DNA of 64,000 nt from Candidatus Parcubacteria bacterium (GCA_039795775.1 JBDKLC010000003.1:797-64796), one strand, 5' to 3'; shown: positions 17,384-27,317, counted from the stretch's first letter. The notes: generated by a model not told the origin, from the sequence alone. A program made the numbers and translations.

Positions 17384-19879
17384 ATGGCAACAAAAGAAAC
17401 ATCTGACAAGAAAACAAAAAAAGAAGCAGGGAAGCGAGAAACAAAAACACTCGTTCTTTTGGATTCTCACGCAATTATTCATCGTGCATATCATGCACTT
17501 CCAGATTTTGCATCGAGTAAAGGAGTACCAACAGGTGCGATCTACGGTCTCGTAGCTATGCTTATTGGTATCATCGAACGATTCAAACCAGATTATATTG
17601 TTGCTTGCTATGACTTGCCGGCACCTACATACAGACACGAAGCATACGAAGCGTACAAAGCTGGGCGAAAGAAAAGCGACCCCGCTCTTGTAGAACAGCT
17701 CAAGAGTTCTCGTCGAGTGTTCGAAGCCTTCAACATTCCAATGTATGACAAAGAAGGTTTTGAAGCGGACGACATGCTTGGAACAATTGTCGAAGATGTA
17801 CTCAAAGGAAACGTAAAAGCAGATGATGCAGATTTGAAAGTGATCATTGCATCGGGAGATATGGACACATTGCAACTTGTCTCAGGTGACGACGTGATGG
17901 TGTACACCCTCAAGAAAGGTATCAAGGATATTGTTGTGTACGACGAAAAAGGTGTTATGGAACGATTTGGATTTGGTCCGAAATTGTTGCCCGACTATAA
18001 AGGTCTTCGAGGAGATCCGTCTGATAACATCATAGGTATTCAAGGTATCGGAGAAAAAACAGCTACTACACTTATTACATCGTTTGGCACTGTAGAAAAT
18101 ATATATAAAGCACTCAAGAAAAATTCTGACGATGTAAAAAAGGTTGGAGTGACGGATCGAATTATTGAGCTTTTGAAAAATGGGGAAGAGGAAGCTCTCT
18201 TTAGTAAAATGCTCGCCACTATTCGACGTGATGCTCCTATCAATTTTAAACTCCCAGAAAAAACATGGAAAGAAAGTTTTGATGTGGCACCTGTCGAGGC
18301 GTTGTTCAAAGAATTTGAATTTAGAACACTCGGAGTTCGTCTCAAAACTATCATGGCTGCAAGTGGTTCGTTGTCGGATGCAGATGGAAAAGCTGTGAGT
18401 GTAGAAGATATTGCGTTTGAATCTAAAAAAGAAGCTGAGCAAAAAGCTGCAGAGTATACAGAGTTTGCTGCACATCTTTCTAAAGAGAAAATAAGAGAGC
18501 TGACTATTGCATTGTGGGTGCTTGATTCGTCTCTCACTAACCCGACAATCGAAGACGTGGTGACACACACCAAAGCAAAGACAGCTGCTGAGGCTGAACA
18601 AAAGCTATTGAATGAAATGAAAAAACAGGGAGTAGACAGTGTGTTTTTTGATATTGAAAAACCACTTATTCCAATCGTAAACGCTATGGAAAAAGTGGGA
18701 GTAAAGATAGATGTAGAATTCCTCAAGGAATTATCAAAAGAATATCACAAAGAACTTGCTTCACTTGAAAAGAAAATTTGGAAAGAAGCTGGAATGGAAT
18801 TTAATGTGAGTTCACCAAAGCAGCTCGGTGAAGTGTTGTTCGACAAGCTCATGCTTGGTGGAAAAAAGATAAAGAAAACATCAACAGGTGCACGATCGAC
18901 AAAAGAATCAGAACTGGAAAAAATGAAGGGAACACATCCTATCATCGATCATATTTTGGAATATAGAGAGCTCGCAAAACTCCTCGGTACATATATTGAC
19001 CCGCTCCCAACAATGGTAGACGAAAACGATCGAGTTCATACGACGTTCTTGCAGGCTGGCGCAGCTACAGGACGAATGGCTTCACAAAACCCTGGCCTTC
19101 AAAACATTCCTATCAAAACAGAACTTGGCCGAAAAGTTCGACAAGCTTTTATTGCAGAAAAGGGATACAAACTTGTCTCATTTGATTATTCTCAAATTGA
19201 ACTTCGAATTGCCGCTTGGCTTTCTGATGATGAAAAACTCATTACTATTTTCAAAGAGGGAACAGACGTACACACTGGAGTTGCATCGCAGGTATTCAAA
19301 GTAGATTCAAAAGATGTGACAAAGGAAATGCGACGACAAGCGAAGGTCATCAACTTCGGTATTTTGTATGGCATGGGTGTGAATGCGCTCAAGACAAACC
19401 TCGGTAGTACAAGAGAAGAAGCGCAGACGTTCTATAACGAGTATTTCAAAAACTTTAGCACTCTTGCAGATTATCTTAATCACGTAAAAGCTGAAGCAAA
19501 ACGAACTGGATACACTCAAACATATTTTGGACGACGACGATATTTTGAAGGATTTAAATCAGCGCTTCCGTTTATTCGAGCATCAGCTGAACGAATGGCC
19601 ATCAACGCGCCTATTCAGGGAACAGAAGCCGACCTCGTGAAAATCGCTATGGTTAAAGTTCAGGAATTGTTCGATAAAGAAGGCATCGAAGAAAAAGACG
19701 CGCGAGTGCTCATGCAAGTACATGATGAACTCGTATATGAGATTAAAAGTGATCTTGTTGAAAGTCTCTCGGAAAAAATTAAGGAGGCGATGGAAAGTAT
19801 CCTTACACTCGAAGACACAAAGGGCGTACCAATCACAGCTGAGGCTCATGTCGGAAAAAACTGGAATGATATGAAGTAG
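17384..19879 (+). CDS. polA: DNA polymerase I
   Basis: 5'-3' exonuclease N-terminus, family A polymerase motifs (RRQAKVINFGILYGMG, VHDELVYE). Confidence 0.92.
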   Translation: MATKETSDKKTKKEAGKRETKTLVLLDSHAIIHRAYHALPDFASSKGVPTGAIYGLVAMLIGIIERFKPDYIVACYDLPAPTYRHEAYEAYKAGRKKSDPALVEQLKSSRRVFEAFNIPMYDKEGFEADDMLGTIVEDVLKGNVKADDADLKVIIASGDMDTLQLVSGDDVMVYTLKKGIKDIVVYDEKGVMERFGFGPKLLPDYKGLRGDPSDNIIGIQGIGEKTATTLITSFGTVENIYKALKKNSDDVKKVGVTDRIIELLKNGEEEALFSKMLATIRRDAPINFKLPEKTWKESFDVAPVEALFKEFEFRTLGVRLKTIMAASGSLSDADGKAVSVEDIAFESKKEAEQKAAEYTEFAAHLSKEKIRELTIALWVLDSSLTNPTIEDVVTHTKAKTAAEAEQKLLNEMKKQGVDSVFFDIEKPLIPIVNAMEKVGVKIDVEFLKELSKEYHKELASLEKKIWKEAGMEFNVSSPKQLGEVLFDKLMLGGKKIKKTSTGARSTKESELEKMKGTHPIIDHILEYRELAKLLGTYIDPLPTMVDENDRVHTTFLQAGAATGRMASQNPGLQNIPIKTELGRKVRQAFIAEKGYKLVSFDYSQIELRIAAWLSDDEKLITIFKEGTDVHTGVASQVFKVDSKDVTKEMRRQAKVINFGILYGMGVNALKTNLGSTREEAQTFYNEYFKNFSTLADYLNHVKAEAKRTGYTQTYFGRRRYFEGFKSALPFIRASAERMAINAPIQGTEADLVKIAMVKVQELFDKEGIEEKDARVLMQVHDELVYEIKSDLVESLSEKIKEAMESILTLEDTKGVPITAEAHVGKNWNDMK

Positions 19880-19924
19880 GGTATACTACGAATTATATTG
19901 TTTACGAATTAGACTGTTATCAAC

Positions 19925-20647
19925 ATGTTGTACGTCATCTACGGAAAAGAAACTCAAAAATCTCGAAAGAAGCTCACAGAGCTTGTTGATAGTTTGCAAA
20001 AAAAACGACCAGACGCGTCGCTCTTTCGGCTTAACTCTGAGAACTGGAACGAAGGTGCACTCGATGAATTAATTCAGAGTCAGGGACTATTTCTCCCGAA
20101 ATATATTATTGTTCTCGATCAGTTGCTCGCTAAGGCCGACACTGGGGAAGTGGTGCTTGATCGAATCAAAGAACTCGCTGAATCAGAACATATCTGTATT
20201 TTATTTGAAGAAAAGCTAAAGGCTGCCGACAAAAAAGTGTTGGAAAAATATGCAGACAAAGTTCAGGAGTATGGTTCAGAAGATGCTCCGAAGAAAGAAT
20301 CACCAAAAACATTCGCGTTATCTGATGCACTTGCAATGAAAGATACAAAGAAGGCGTGGGTGGTGTTTCAAGAACTCATGCGTGATGGAGCGGTAGCGGA
20401 AGAAGTACACGGAGTCATTTGGTGGCAATTTAAATCTATTGTGATCGCATCACAAACAAAAAGTGTGAAAGATTCGGGTCTTTCGCCGTACGTATATCAG
20501 AAAGCATCTCGGGCTGCTGATGTGTGGAAAGGAACTGAGCTCCTCCAAGTTATGGATCGTCTTATGCTTATGTATCACCAGGCTCACCGAGGAGAGATTG
20601 ATTTTGCTACTGAACTAGAAAAGTTTGTGCTGTTCCCGATGAAGTAA
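19925..20647 (+). CDS. hypothetical protein, possibly a short DNA polymerase III delta (HolA)-like clamp-loader subunit
   Basis: 240 aa alpha-helical protein directly after polA, with a weak resemblance to HolA. Confidence 0.25.
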   Translation: MLYVIYGKETQKSRKKLTELVDSLQKKRPDASLFRLNSENWNEGALDELIQSQGLFLPKYIIVLDQLLAKADTGEVVLDRIKELAESEHICILFEEKLKAADKKVLEKYADKVQEYGSEDAPKKESPKTFALSDALAMKDTKKAWVVFQELMRDGAVAEEVHGVIWWQFKSIVIASQTKSVKDSGLSPYVYQKASRAADVWKGTELLQVMDRLMLMYHQAHRGEIDFATELEKFVLFPMK

Positions 20648-20666
20648 GATAAAGAAGATAAATACA

Positions 20667-21155
20667 CTAGATTTTTTTGAGCAGTGTGACTTCTCGATCA
20701 ACGTATCCTTTTGCTTGGTAAAACAAGTGTGAATCAGTATTCGGAGCAAAAACTCCTACAAGAACAACATCGCATCCTTTTGATTTAAAATAGTCTTCGA
20801 GCGTTTTTATTAACAGACTTCCCACACCTTTTCCACGAGCTTCGTCTTGAACATATAATTCTCTAATCCATGCAGGGTGAGAGGGAATCACTTCGAGAGT
20901 GCCACCTTTTGCTTCTGGTTGTATTGTTCCTGCAATAAATCCGATAGCAACATTATTGTCTACTGCAAAATAAATTTTCCCATCTTTTTCAGCAATAGCT
21001 TTGAGTAATGCGTCTGTATAACTTTCACCATATCCTGGCGAGATAATTTGTCTCAGAAGTGGGTCTATATCTACAATGTGTTTTTGTAGACTCTCAATAC
21101 ATGTAATAAGTAGCTGTTTGTCTTGATCTGTATATTCTCGAGTAGTAATAGTCAT
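20667..21155 (-). CDS. GNAT family N-acetyltransferase
   Basis: Acetyl-CoA binding motif RGKGVGSLL. Confidence 0.7.
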   Translation of the reverse strand: MTITTREYTDQDKQLLITCIESLQKHIVDIDPLLRQIISPGYGESYTDALLKAIAEKDGKIYFAVDNNVAIGFIAGTIQPEAKGGTLEVIPSHPAWIRELYVQDEARGKGVGSLLIKTLEDYFKSKGCDVVLVGVFAPNTDSHLFYQAKGYVDREVTLLKKI

Positions 21156-21176
21156 ATGTATAGTATATATAATTTT

Positions 21177-21629
21177 TTATTCAAACGTGTATGTGAGAAC
21201 AAACTGATTTCCTTCTTGTTTAACAAACTTAAATCCTAATTTAGTATAGAAGCTATTTGCAGCTTTGTTGACTTCGTGGACTTCAAGAGTAATTGGAGTC
21301 TTTGTTTTTTTAGCTTCATTGATGATGTCTCTCATAATAGAACTTCCAATACCTTTACCCTGAAATTCGGGGAGGAGTTGAATACCCCCAATATAGATTT
21401 CTTCTTTTGAGCGTACAACGCGAAGCCGGCCAACATCTTTTCCATCGTACTGAATAACTTGAACTTTCTCTGCAGGATATTTTTCTTTGTACTCAGCTAA
21501 GCCTTTCTCCATATCTACTATTTTGTCTGGGTCATTAGCCAATCGAACAGGCGACATGGCGGTATGAACAACTGTAAAGAGAAACGGTTGATCAGCTTCT
21601 GTTGCTTGGCGAAGAGAATAATTTACCAT
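21177..21629 (-). CDS. GNAT family N-acetyltransferase
   Basis: QGKGIGSSIM motif A. Tandem to the previous GNAT gene. Confidence 0.7.
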   Translation of the reverse strand: MVNYSLRQATEADQPFLFTVVHTAMSPVRLANDPDKIVDMEKGLAEYKEKYPAEKVQVIQYDGKDVGRLRVVRSKEEIYIGGIQLLPEFQGKGIGSSIMRDIINEAKKTKTPITLEVHEVNKAANSFYTKLGFKFVKQEGNQFVLTYTFE

Positions 21630-21647
21630 TGAGGTATTTTGTTTTTG

Positions 21648-21720
21648 TGCGCCCGGTAGGAATCGAACCTACGACCCTCTGCTTAAAAGGCAGGTGCTCT
21701 ACCAACTGAGCTACGAGCGC
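21648..21720 (-). tRNA. tRNA-Lys (anticodon TTT)
   Basis: Hand-folded cloverleaf: acceptor GCGCTCG/CGGGCGC, anticodon loop CTTTTAA, T-loop GGTTCGATTCC. Confidence 0.85.
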
Positions 21721-21826
21721 ATGTATAAAGTCGTACGCTAACACGACAGTGCTAAAAAATATATCAAAAAATCCTAAAAAGTCCAACTTTTAGGCCAAAC
21801 TCACTTAGGAGCTCGATTTGAATACA

Positions 21827-22231
21827 TTAGAACGGAAGATCAACTGCAGGAATTCCGGCGCCTGTAAGAATGAGAGAAAGGGAGATAAAGAAGAGGAGAA
21901 TGTAGATACTTGAAGGGCTGAACATGAGTGTGGGTTCTCGTTTTTTGATGATATATGAAACGAGCATGATAATTGCTGTAATGATTGCCGCGATCTGTGT
22001 AGCGAGACCAAGAATAAGACAAATACCAACTACGATCTGAAGAATACCGAGGAGGGTGAGGTAGACACTTGCTGGTTTGAGGCCAATTGAGGCAAAGAAA
22101 TTCATTTTGTGTTCTCGTTCTTTTGTAAGCTTGTTCCAACCAAAATTAATGATAAAAAGACCGAGAACTACTCGAAGCAAAAGAGGCGCAAACAACACAT
22201 AGTCGAGAAGCATTGGAAATGGATTTAACAT
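21827..22231 (-). CDS. DoxX family membrane protein
   Basis: 134 aa with four TM helices and a DoxX-like pattern. Confidence 0.45.
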   Translation of the reverse strand: MLNPFPMLLDYVLFAPLLLRVVLGLFIINFGWNKLTKEREHKMNFFASIGLKPASVYLTLLGILQIVVGICLILGLATQIAAIITAIIMLVSYIIKKREPTLMFSPSSIYILLFFISLSLILTGAGIPAVDLPF

Positions 22232-22253
22232 AAGAATATGCTAGCATGGCCCT

Positions 22254-22754
22254 ATGAAAATGAAAACAAAAGTTTCACTTATCCTCCCAGACATTCGAAG
22301 CGCCCATAATGTTGGGTCTATTTTTCGTACAGCTGATGCTGCTGGTGTAGAAAAGGTATACATCGCCGGATACACTCCTTGCCCCGTCGATAAGTATGGA
22401 CGTGTTCAAAATGAAATTGCAAAGACAGCCCTCGGAGGAGAAAAAAGTGTTACATGGGAGTATTGCTCATCTGTTGGGCCACTTCTTACTCGTTTGAAAA
22501 AGAGAGGAGATGTGTTGCTGATTGCCTTAGAACAAGATGCTACATCCGTCGATTACAAAAAGTTGAAAGGTCTTGTGAAAAAGTCCGGAGCGTCAGAAAA
22601 ACAAATTTGTATAGTTTTAGGAAATGAAGTGAAAGGACTTCCTAAAAATATTTTAAAGAAAATGGACATAATCGCTGAAATTTCTATGAAAGGGGAGAAG
22701 GAGTCTTTGAATGTGTCAGTTGCTACTGGGATTTTGTTGTTTAGCTTGATGTAG
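22254..22754 (+). CDS. SpoU/TrmH family RNA 2'-O-methyltransferase
   Basis: SPOUT motifs NVGSIFRTADAAG, GNEVKGL, SLNVSVATGILL. Confidence 0.65.
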   Translation: MKMKTKVSLILPDIRSAHNVGSIFRTADAAGVEKVYIAGYTPCPVDKYGRVQNEIAKTALGGEKSVTWEYCSSVGPLLTRLKKRGDVLLIALEQDATSVDYKKLKGLVKKSGASEKQICIVLGNEVKGLPKNILKKMDIIAEISMKGEKESLNVSVATGILLFSLM

Positions 22755-22909
22755 TGATAGGTATAAGCGATGTGAAGGTTGTGAAGGCGACGTCGGTTGG
22801 GAGAGGAAATAGTCATCGTAGAATGTTGTTAAAAGTAGGAATTTTTCCTACTTTTACTAAGTACAGACTAAACATAGTATGTATTGATTCAGATGTACTG
22901 ATTCAGCTA

Positions 22910-23830
22910 CTATTTTTCTTGATGCGTGTCACAAAAATGAGCGCTTCTGCCACCAACTACTTTTCGTACAATTTTGCCTCCACAGCCACGCTTTCGACAC
23001 TCTTTCCCAGTTCGTCGATATGCTTCGTGATGATCCTGAAATTTTCCACGTTCTCCGTCTATGTTTCTATAGTCTGACATTGAGTCACCACCGAAATCTA
23101 TTCCTCGCTCAAGAGTTTCTTTCACCGCTTTAAGCATAGCTTTAACTTTATCTTCAGGAATTTTTGATACGGTAGTTTCTGGGTGGACACCAGCTCGCCA
23201 AAGCACTTCATCAGAATAAATATTGCCGATACCCGATATCAAAGTTTGATCCATCAAAACAGATTTTATTTTTCCGTTTGGCTTTTTATTTATTCTTTCT
23301 TTAAAAACATTTAATGTAAATTGTGCATCGAGTGGCTCAGGACCTATATGCTGTAAGTCTGGGGAAGTGGAAAGACTTTCTGTATCGAGGAGTGTCACTT
23401 TTGCAAACTTTCTCATATCAGAAAGAACAAGCTGTGTATTGTTTGAGAATGTAATTACAAAATGAATGAATCTATTGAATGGGTCGGCAAGCGGTCCATC
23501 TGCCTCAACAGGTGACCAGGGATCTTTTGCTTTCGATGTATCAATTCGATATTTTCCAAACATCATGTGACCCGTCATTTTCATATGTACAAGAATAGTC
23601 TTACCATTTGAGAGATGGATCAAAATGTTTTTTGCACGACGAGATGCTCCGACAATATTTGCTCCGATGACAGCTTTGGAAAATTCAGTAAAAAATGATG
23701 GATTCTTAATATTGTCCTTTTGTGAGTGGAAAGGACTATTGTAGTCGGTCCACACATCTTTGATGGTGAGACCTTTTGCAACTCTATGAATACCGTTGAC
23801 GGTAGTTTGAACTTCGGGGAGTTCTGGCAT
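22910..23830 (-). CDS. mutM: formamidopyrimidine-DNA glycosylase (Fpg/Nei family)
   Basis: N-terminal MPELPEV, H2TH region, C-terminal zinc finger C..C..C..C. Confidence 0.85.
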   Translation of the reverse strand: MPELPEVQTTVNGIHRVAKGLTIKDVWTDYNSPFHSQKDNIKNPSFFTEFSKAVIGANIVGASRRAKNILIHLSNGKTILVHMKMTGHMMFGKYRIDTSKAKDPWSPVEADGPLADPFNRFIHFVITFSNNTQLVLSDMRKFAKVTLLDTESLSTSPDLQHIGPEPLDAQFTLNVFKERINKKPNGKIKSVLMDQTLISGIGNIYSDEVLWRAGVHPETTVSKIPEDKVKAMLKAVKETLERGIDFGGDSMSDYRNIDGERGKFQDHHEAYRRTGKECRKRGCGGKIVRKVVGGRSAHFCDTHQEK

Positions 23831-23837
23831 AGGACAG

Positions 23838-24425
23838 CTATTTAGATGTACCGAGGACTCGGAGGGCTGCCTTTACCTTTTCGCCGGGGTCTTTAATATC
23901 TCGAGAAATACCTTCTAGAGCGTCACGTGCTTCTTTGTGGCTATATCCAAGGGCTTTGAGGGCTTCTACTGCATCAACATCGCTCTGACCGGCAAGACCA
24001 GCTCCAGCCGCCGATTCTTCGGTTGTGTAGACCACCTTATCTTTCAACTCCAAGACAATCTTGTCAGCAATCTTTTTTCCAATACCTGAAATCTTTGTGA
24101 GATAGGCTGTTTCGCCAGTAATAATAGCTTCTTTGAGAGATTTGATAGATGTCGCACTCAAAATACCGAGAGCTGATTTTGGTCCTATACCAGAGATAGT
24201 GATCAAAAGTTCAAAAAATTCTAAATTTTCTTTATCCAAAAAGCCATACAAGTCGAGAGCGTCTTCTCGTACTACTGTATGAATCCAAAGCCCAACTTGC
24301 TCACCCACAGCGAGGGTATTGAGAACTTCGGTAGGGGAAGCCACTTTATAGCCAACATTTCCCGTGTCGATAATAAGATATTTGAGGTCTTTATGGAGTA
24401 CTGTGCCTCGTAGGTATGCGATCAT
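23838..24425 (-). CDS. ruvA: Holliday junction DNA helicase RuvA
   Basis: MIAYLRGTV N-terminus, HhH motifs GIGPKSA / GIGKKIA. Confidence 0.85.
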   Translation of the reverse strand: MIAYLRGTVLHKDLKYLIIDTGNVGYKVASPTEVLNTLAVGEQVGLWIHTVVREDALDLYGFLDKENLEFFELLITISGIGPKSALGILSATSIKSLKEAIITGETAYLTKISGIGKKIADKIVLELKDKVVYTTEESAAGAGLAGQSDVDAVEALKALGYSHKEARDALEGISRDIKDPGEKVKAALRVLGTSK

Positions 24426-24505
24426 GGGTTCATTGTAGCAAATTTGATATCAGTAATGCAGTAAGTATTGCAAATACTGCCATTTTCTGTTATTCTCACA
24501 GCAAT

Positions 24506-24772
24506 ATGCCAATTACACGATCAGCGAAAAAAGCGCTTCGAGGCTCAGAAAAAAAGCGAGTATTCAATCTTCGACGAAAGAAGAAGCTTGATACTGCGGT
24601 AAAAGAAGTGAAGAAATTTGTAACAGCGGCTGAAAAAGTTGCTGCACAGAAAGCTCTCTCTCTTGCATACCAGGCTATCGACAAAGCAGCAAAAAACGGT
24701 CTCATCAAAAAGGGAGCGGCTGCACGAAAGAAGTCTCGAATCAGTGCTTCAGTACGAAAACTCGTAAAATAA
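24506..24772 (+). CDS. rpsT: 30S ribosomal protein S20
   Basis: MPITRSAKKALR... basic alpha-helical 88 aa. Start chosen inside the track ORF. Confidence 0.7.
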   Translation: MPITRSAKKALRGSEKKRVFNLRRKKKLDTAVKEVKKFVTAAEKVAAQKALSLAYQAIDKAAKNGLIKKGAAARKKSRISASVRKLVK

Positions 24773-24792
24773 TACGAACTTCGAACTCAAAT

Positions 24793-24828
24793 AAAAAACT
24801 CCAGACATGTGCTGGAGTTTTTTATTAT
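24793..24828. terminator. bidirectional terminator (AAAAAACTCCAGACATGTGCTGGAGTTTTTT)
   Basis: Perfect hairpin with flanking A/T runs. Confidence 0.7.
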
Positions 24829-24843
24829 TTCTTTATGAAATCT

Positions 24844-25410
24844 TTACATTCCAACTGAAGGGTTTTCCCGCTGTTTTGATTTGAATTCACCGGCGAGATG
24901 CATGATCTTATCTTTCACAAACTGAGGATTTGGAATCTGCATGAAGAGAAAGTGTTTTTCATTTGCCGCAGTTTGAATCTGTACGTCACCATAGTTCATC
25001 ATTGTTGGTACAGCTCCTTCAATGGTGAATGACACATCCTGAATATTTCCAAGGCTGAGTTCGGCCACGGTTCGGTTGAAAAATCCATGCTGACGACTAT
25101 CAATCACTCGAAGGTTGGTTACAATCCACGCATCGAGGGAATACATAGTGAGAACATAGAACAACATGTACCACAGGAAGAGATAATATGCCGCCCAGAG
25201 GAACGCAAAGAGTCCCATCATGTTGTATTTGATAATGAGCGAACCCGCGGCGATAACAACGATGAATGGAATAAAACCCGCCATGACGATGTAAGCAATC
25301 TTGCTAACGAGCGTGTACCAGTGTCGATGGAGGAAGATGTGTACTTCTTCACCTTCTTTTTTCCCATCAAAAGAATAGTGAGTATTTTTAAAAAATGAAA
25401 AGGTAATCAT
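24844..25410 (-). CDS. membrane protein with bacterial PH (YdbT/DUF304-like) domain
   Basis: Two N-terminal TM helices followed by a ~90 aa PH-like domain. Confidence 0.4.
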   Translation of the reverse strand: MITFSFFKNTHYSFDGKKEGEEVHIFLHRHWYTLVSKIAYIVMAGFIPFIVVIAAGSLIIKYNMMGLFAFLWAAYYLFLWYMLFYVLTMYSLDAWIVTNLRVIDSRQHGFFNRTVAELSLGNIQDVSFTIEGAVPTMMNYGDVQIQTAANEKHFLFMQIPNPQFVKDKIMHLAGEFKSKQRENPSVGM

Positions 25411-25411
25411 A

Positions 25412-25675
25412 TTAGTAGGTGTTTAACAATTTTTGGGGATTAACGTCACAGCAGATCTCTTTGTTTTTAAGGGAGCCAAAGTTAATTTGTGTAAAGAGAA
25501 TCGTTGCGAGAAGAGAGAGAACAAGAGCCCCACCCAAAAACACTACAGCGAGCTTTCTTGGGGTAGTGCTGACACCGAATCGAATAAGATGATACAAAAT
25601 AAAAAATACACCAAGCCAATAAATAGCCATAGCTACAGCATATGCAAGTCCGAAGTATACGTAGAGGTTAGACAT
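25412..25675 (-). CDS. small hypothetical membrane protein
   Basis: 87 aa with two TM helices, stop/start-coupled to the previous gene. Confidence 0.35.
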   Translation of the reverse strand: MSNLYVYFGLAYAVAMAIYWLGVFFILYHLIRFGVSTTPRKLAVVFLGGALVLSLLATILFTQINFGSLKNKEICCDVNPQKLLNTY

Positions 25676-25761
25676 GCTTTTAGTATATCAAATTCATTTT
25701 GTTTGAGCCTCTTCTCCATGAATTTGGTACAATAGATGAGTTATACATTTATTTTAGAACT

Positions 25762-26298
25762 ATGAGCGAAGCCGCCCCAAACACCCTTGAAGGAATTTCA
25801 GCTGAACAAAGAGAGCTTATTATGAACTACTTGAGACAGAGCTCACTCTCTGAAATAACAGCCGAATCTCGAGCTGTAACACCTGAAGAAGAAGTTCTTG
25901 CAGAACGGCTTTTGTCTTTAGGCTTAGAGCCAAGAGATGGTGCTCTCGATAGACATTACAAGCACGGTGATTCAAACTTCACCCCGGATGTTGCTTTAAA
26001 AGATGCTGCTTTTGCATCAGCAGGGTTTGATGCAGGTTCTGTACGAGTTGTACGACACAATGTTGTTTTAAATACAGGCCTTGCACAGCAGTTGGCACTC
26101 AAAATTATAAATCTTGTTCGGGCTGAGAAAAGTGGTGAAGAAGACGACGCTCAAATTCAAGAAAAAGATATTCCTGGTGGAGTGATTTTTCTTGGAAAGG
26201 TTGTATTTGGTGCCAATCCAGGAGAAGACAGATATGAAAATTTAACAGAAGCCGATACACTGCAGATTGAACAGTTTTTTCAAGGTAAGAAGGCTTAG
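25762..26298 (+). CDS. hypothetical protein
   Basis: ORF with RBS-like spacing. No motif recognised. Confidence 0.35.
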   Translation: MSEAAPNTLEGISAEQRELIMNYLRQSSLSEITAESRAVTPEEEVLAERLLSLGLEPRDGALDRHYKHGDSNFTPDVALKDAAFASAGFDAGSVRVVRHNVVLNTGLAQQLALKIINLVRAEKSGEEDDAQIQEKDIPGGVIFLGKVVFGANPGEDRYENLTEADTLQIEQFFQGKKA

Positions 26299-26321
26299 TT
26301 TCGAATAGAATTCGATAAATA

Positions 26322-26352
26322 AAAAAGACCAACTCGAGTTGGTCTTTTTTAT
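26322..26352. terminator. bidirectional terminator (AAAAAAGACCAACTCGAGTTGGTCTTTTTT)
   Basis: Perfect hairpin. Confidence 0.7.
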
Positions 26353-26357
26353 TAAGG

Positions 26358-26429
26358 TGCCCTCGTTAGGAATCGAACCTAAATTTAGAGTTCCGCAAAC
26401 TCTTGTCCTATCCGTTGAACGACGAGAGC
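26358..26429 (-). tRNA. tRNA-Arg (anticodon GCG; unusual unmodified-A34 alternative to ACG)
   Basis: Hand-folded: acceptor GCTCTCG/CGAGGGC (one G-U), D-stem GTTC/GGAC, anticodon loop TTGCGGA, T-loop TTCGATT. Confidence 0.6.
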
Positions 26430-26473
26430 GTAGTGGCAGTAAGCCCTACAGCGAAAAAAATAACATATGTAGA

Positions 26474-26971
26474 TTAAAAACCCAAGTACTCGAGAACTTT
26501 TTGTGCAAGAGGCTCTGAGTGTTCGTCTTCAGGAAGGTGATCAAAGAGAAAATCTCGGAGTTCTTTTGGATCGATAGTTGAAGCGAGGGGAATAACAAGA
26601 AGATGCACAGCCATCTTTTTTGATTTTAAAATAAGTTTTGATTGGAGGTTGATGTGAGAATCATCTTCGACACAAAAAGAATGTAAAGAAGAGTAGGGGT
26701 AGAGAGTCTTTCCGATAATGACACCCGTAAGATTTACTTCAAATCGAACGAGATCTGGTTTTCGAGAAGCATATAAAGCAAGGGAGAATGCACTTAGGAG
26801 GAGAAGAAGTGCAAAAAGCATATTACCAAAAATGATTGCGAGCACTGTAGCAGACACTGCAATGATACCAACAGACCAATACCAATCACTTGTTTTTTCT
26901 TGGTGGAGATATTCGTGTTCTTCCCAGATATAAGGTCCTTTGAGTCGTGCCATATATGAGAATTGTATCAC
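26474..26971 (-). CDS. hypothetical membrane protein
   Basis: 165 aa with two TM helices. Confidence 0.35.
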   Translation of the reverse strand: MIQFSYMARLKGPYIWEEHEYLHQEKTSDWYWSVGIIAVSATVLAIIFGNMLFALLLLLSAFSLALYASRKPDLVRFEVNLTGVIIGKTLYPYSSLHSFCVEDDSHINLQSKLILKSKKMAVHLLVIPLASTIDPKELRDFLFDHLPEDEHSEPLAQKVLEYLGF

Positions 26972-27162
26972 GTATCAACCTGTTGAAAAGATGTGAATGA
27001 GATTTATATAAATAAAATTGGTGAGATTCGGTCACACATAAAATTGCTGTGCAATTTTTGCGCGACCCCGCCTCGCTTGCAGCAATTCACTTCGCTCATA
27101 TAGCTGCTGTGCTCCGGCTTTCGAATCTTTCTACCTAAAGCAGCGTAAAAGAAAACACCCAC

Positions 27163-27200
27163 CCTCGAAAGGGTAGGTGTTTTCTTTTGTGTGCGGGCCA
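27163..27200. terminator. bidirectional terminator (CACCCACCCtcgaaaGGGTAGGTG + T-run)
   Basis: Hairpin with flanking A/T runs, downstream of the 27318 gene and of a 150 nt structured non-coding segment. Confidence 0.5.
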
Positions 27201-27317
27201 TGTGAGTTAAGTACCCACGCTCTAAGGCCTTGTAAGGGTATTCTAGCACTTCTGGATGGGTCTTGTTGAGGCAAGTGAGTCGCTATCCCATTTTCACAAA
27301 ATGAGACACCTGAAGCC

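Noticed and set aside
21592-21786. 64 aa ORF overlapping tRNA-Lys, and the analogous 42921-43103 ORF overlapping tRNA-Ser
   Set aside because: Their sequences are explained by the tRNA genes; no coding signal.
27060-27165. Possible SRP (4.5S) RNA
   Set aside because: There is an AGCAGC-like motif, but I could not reconstruct the conserved domain IV (GNRA tetraloop with symmetric/asymmetric loops) on either strand. Left as an unclassified candidate sRNA.
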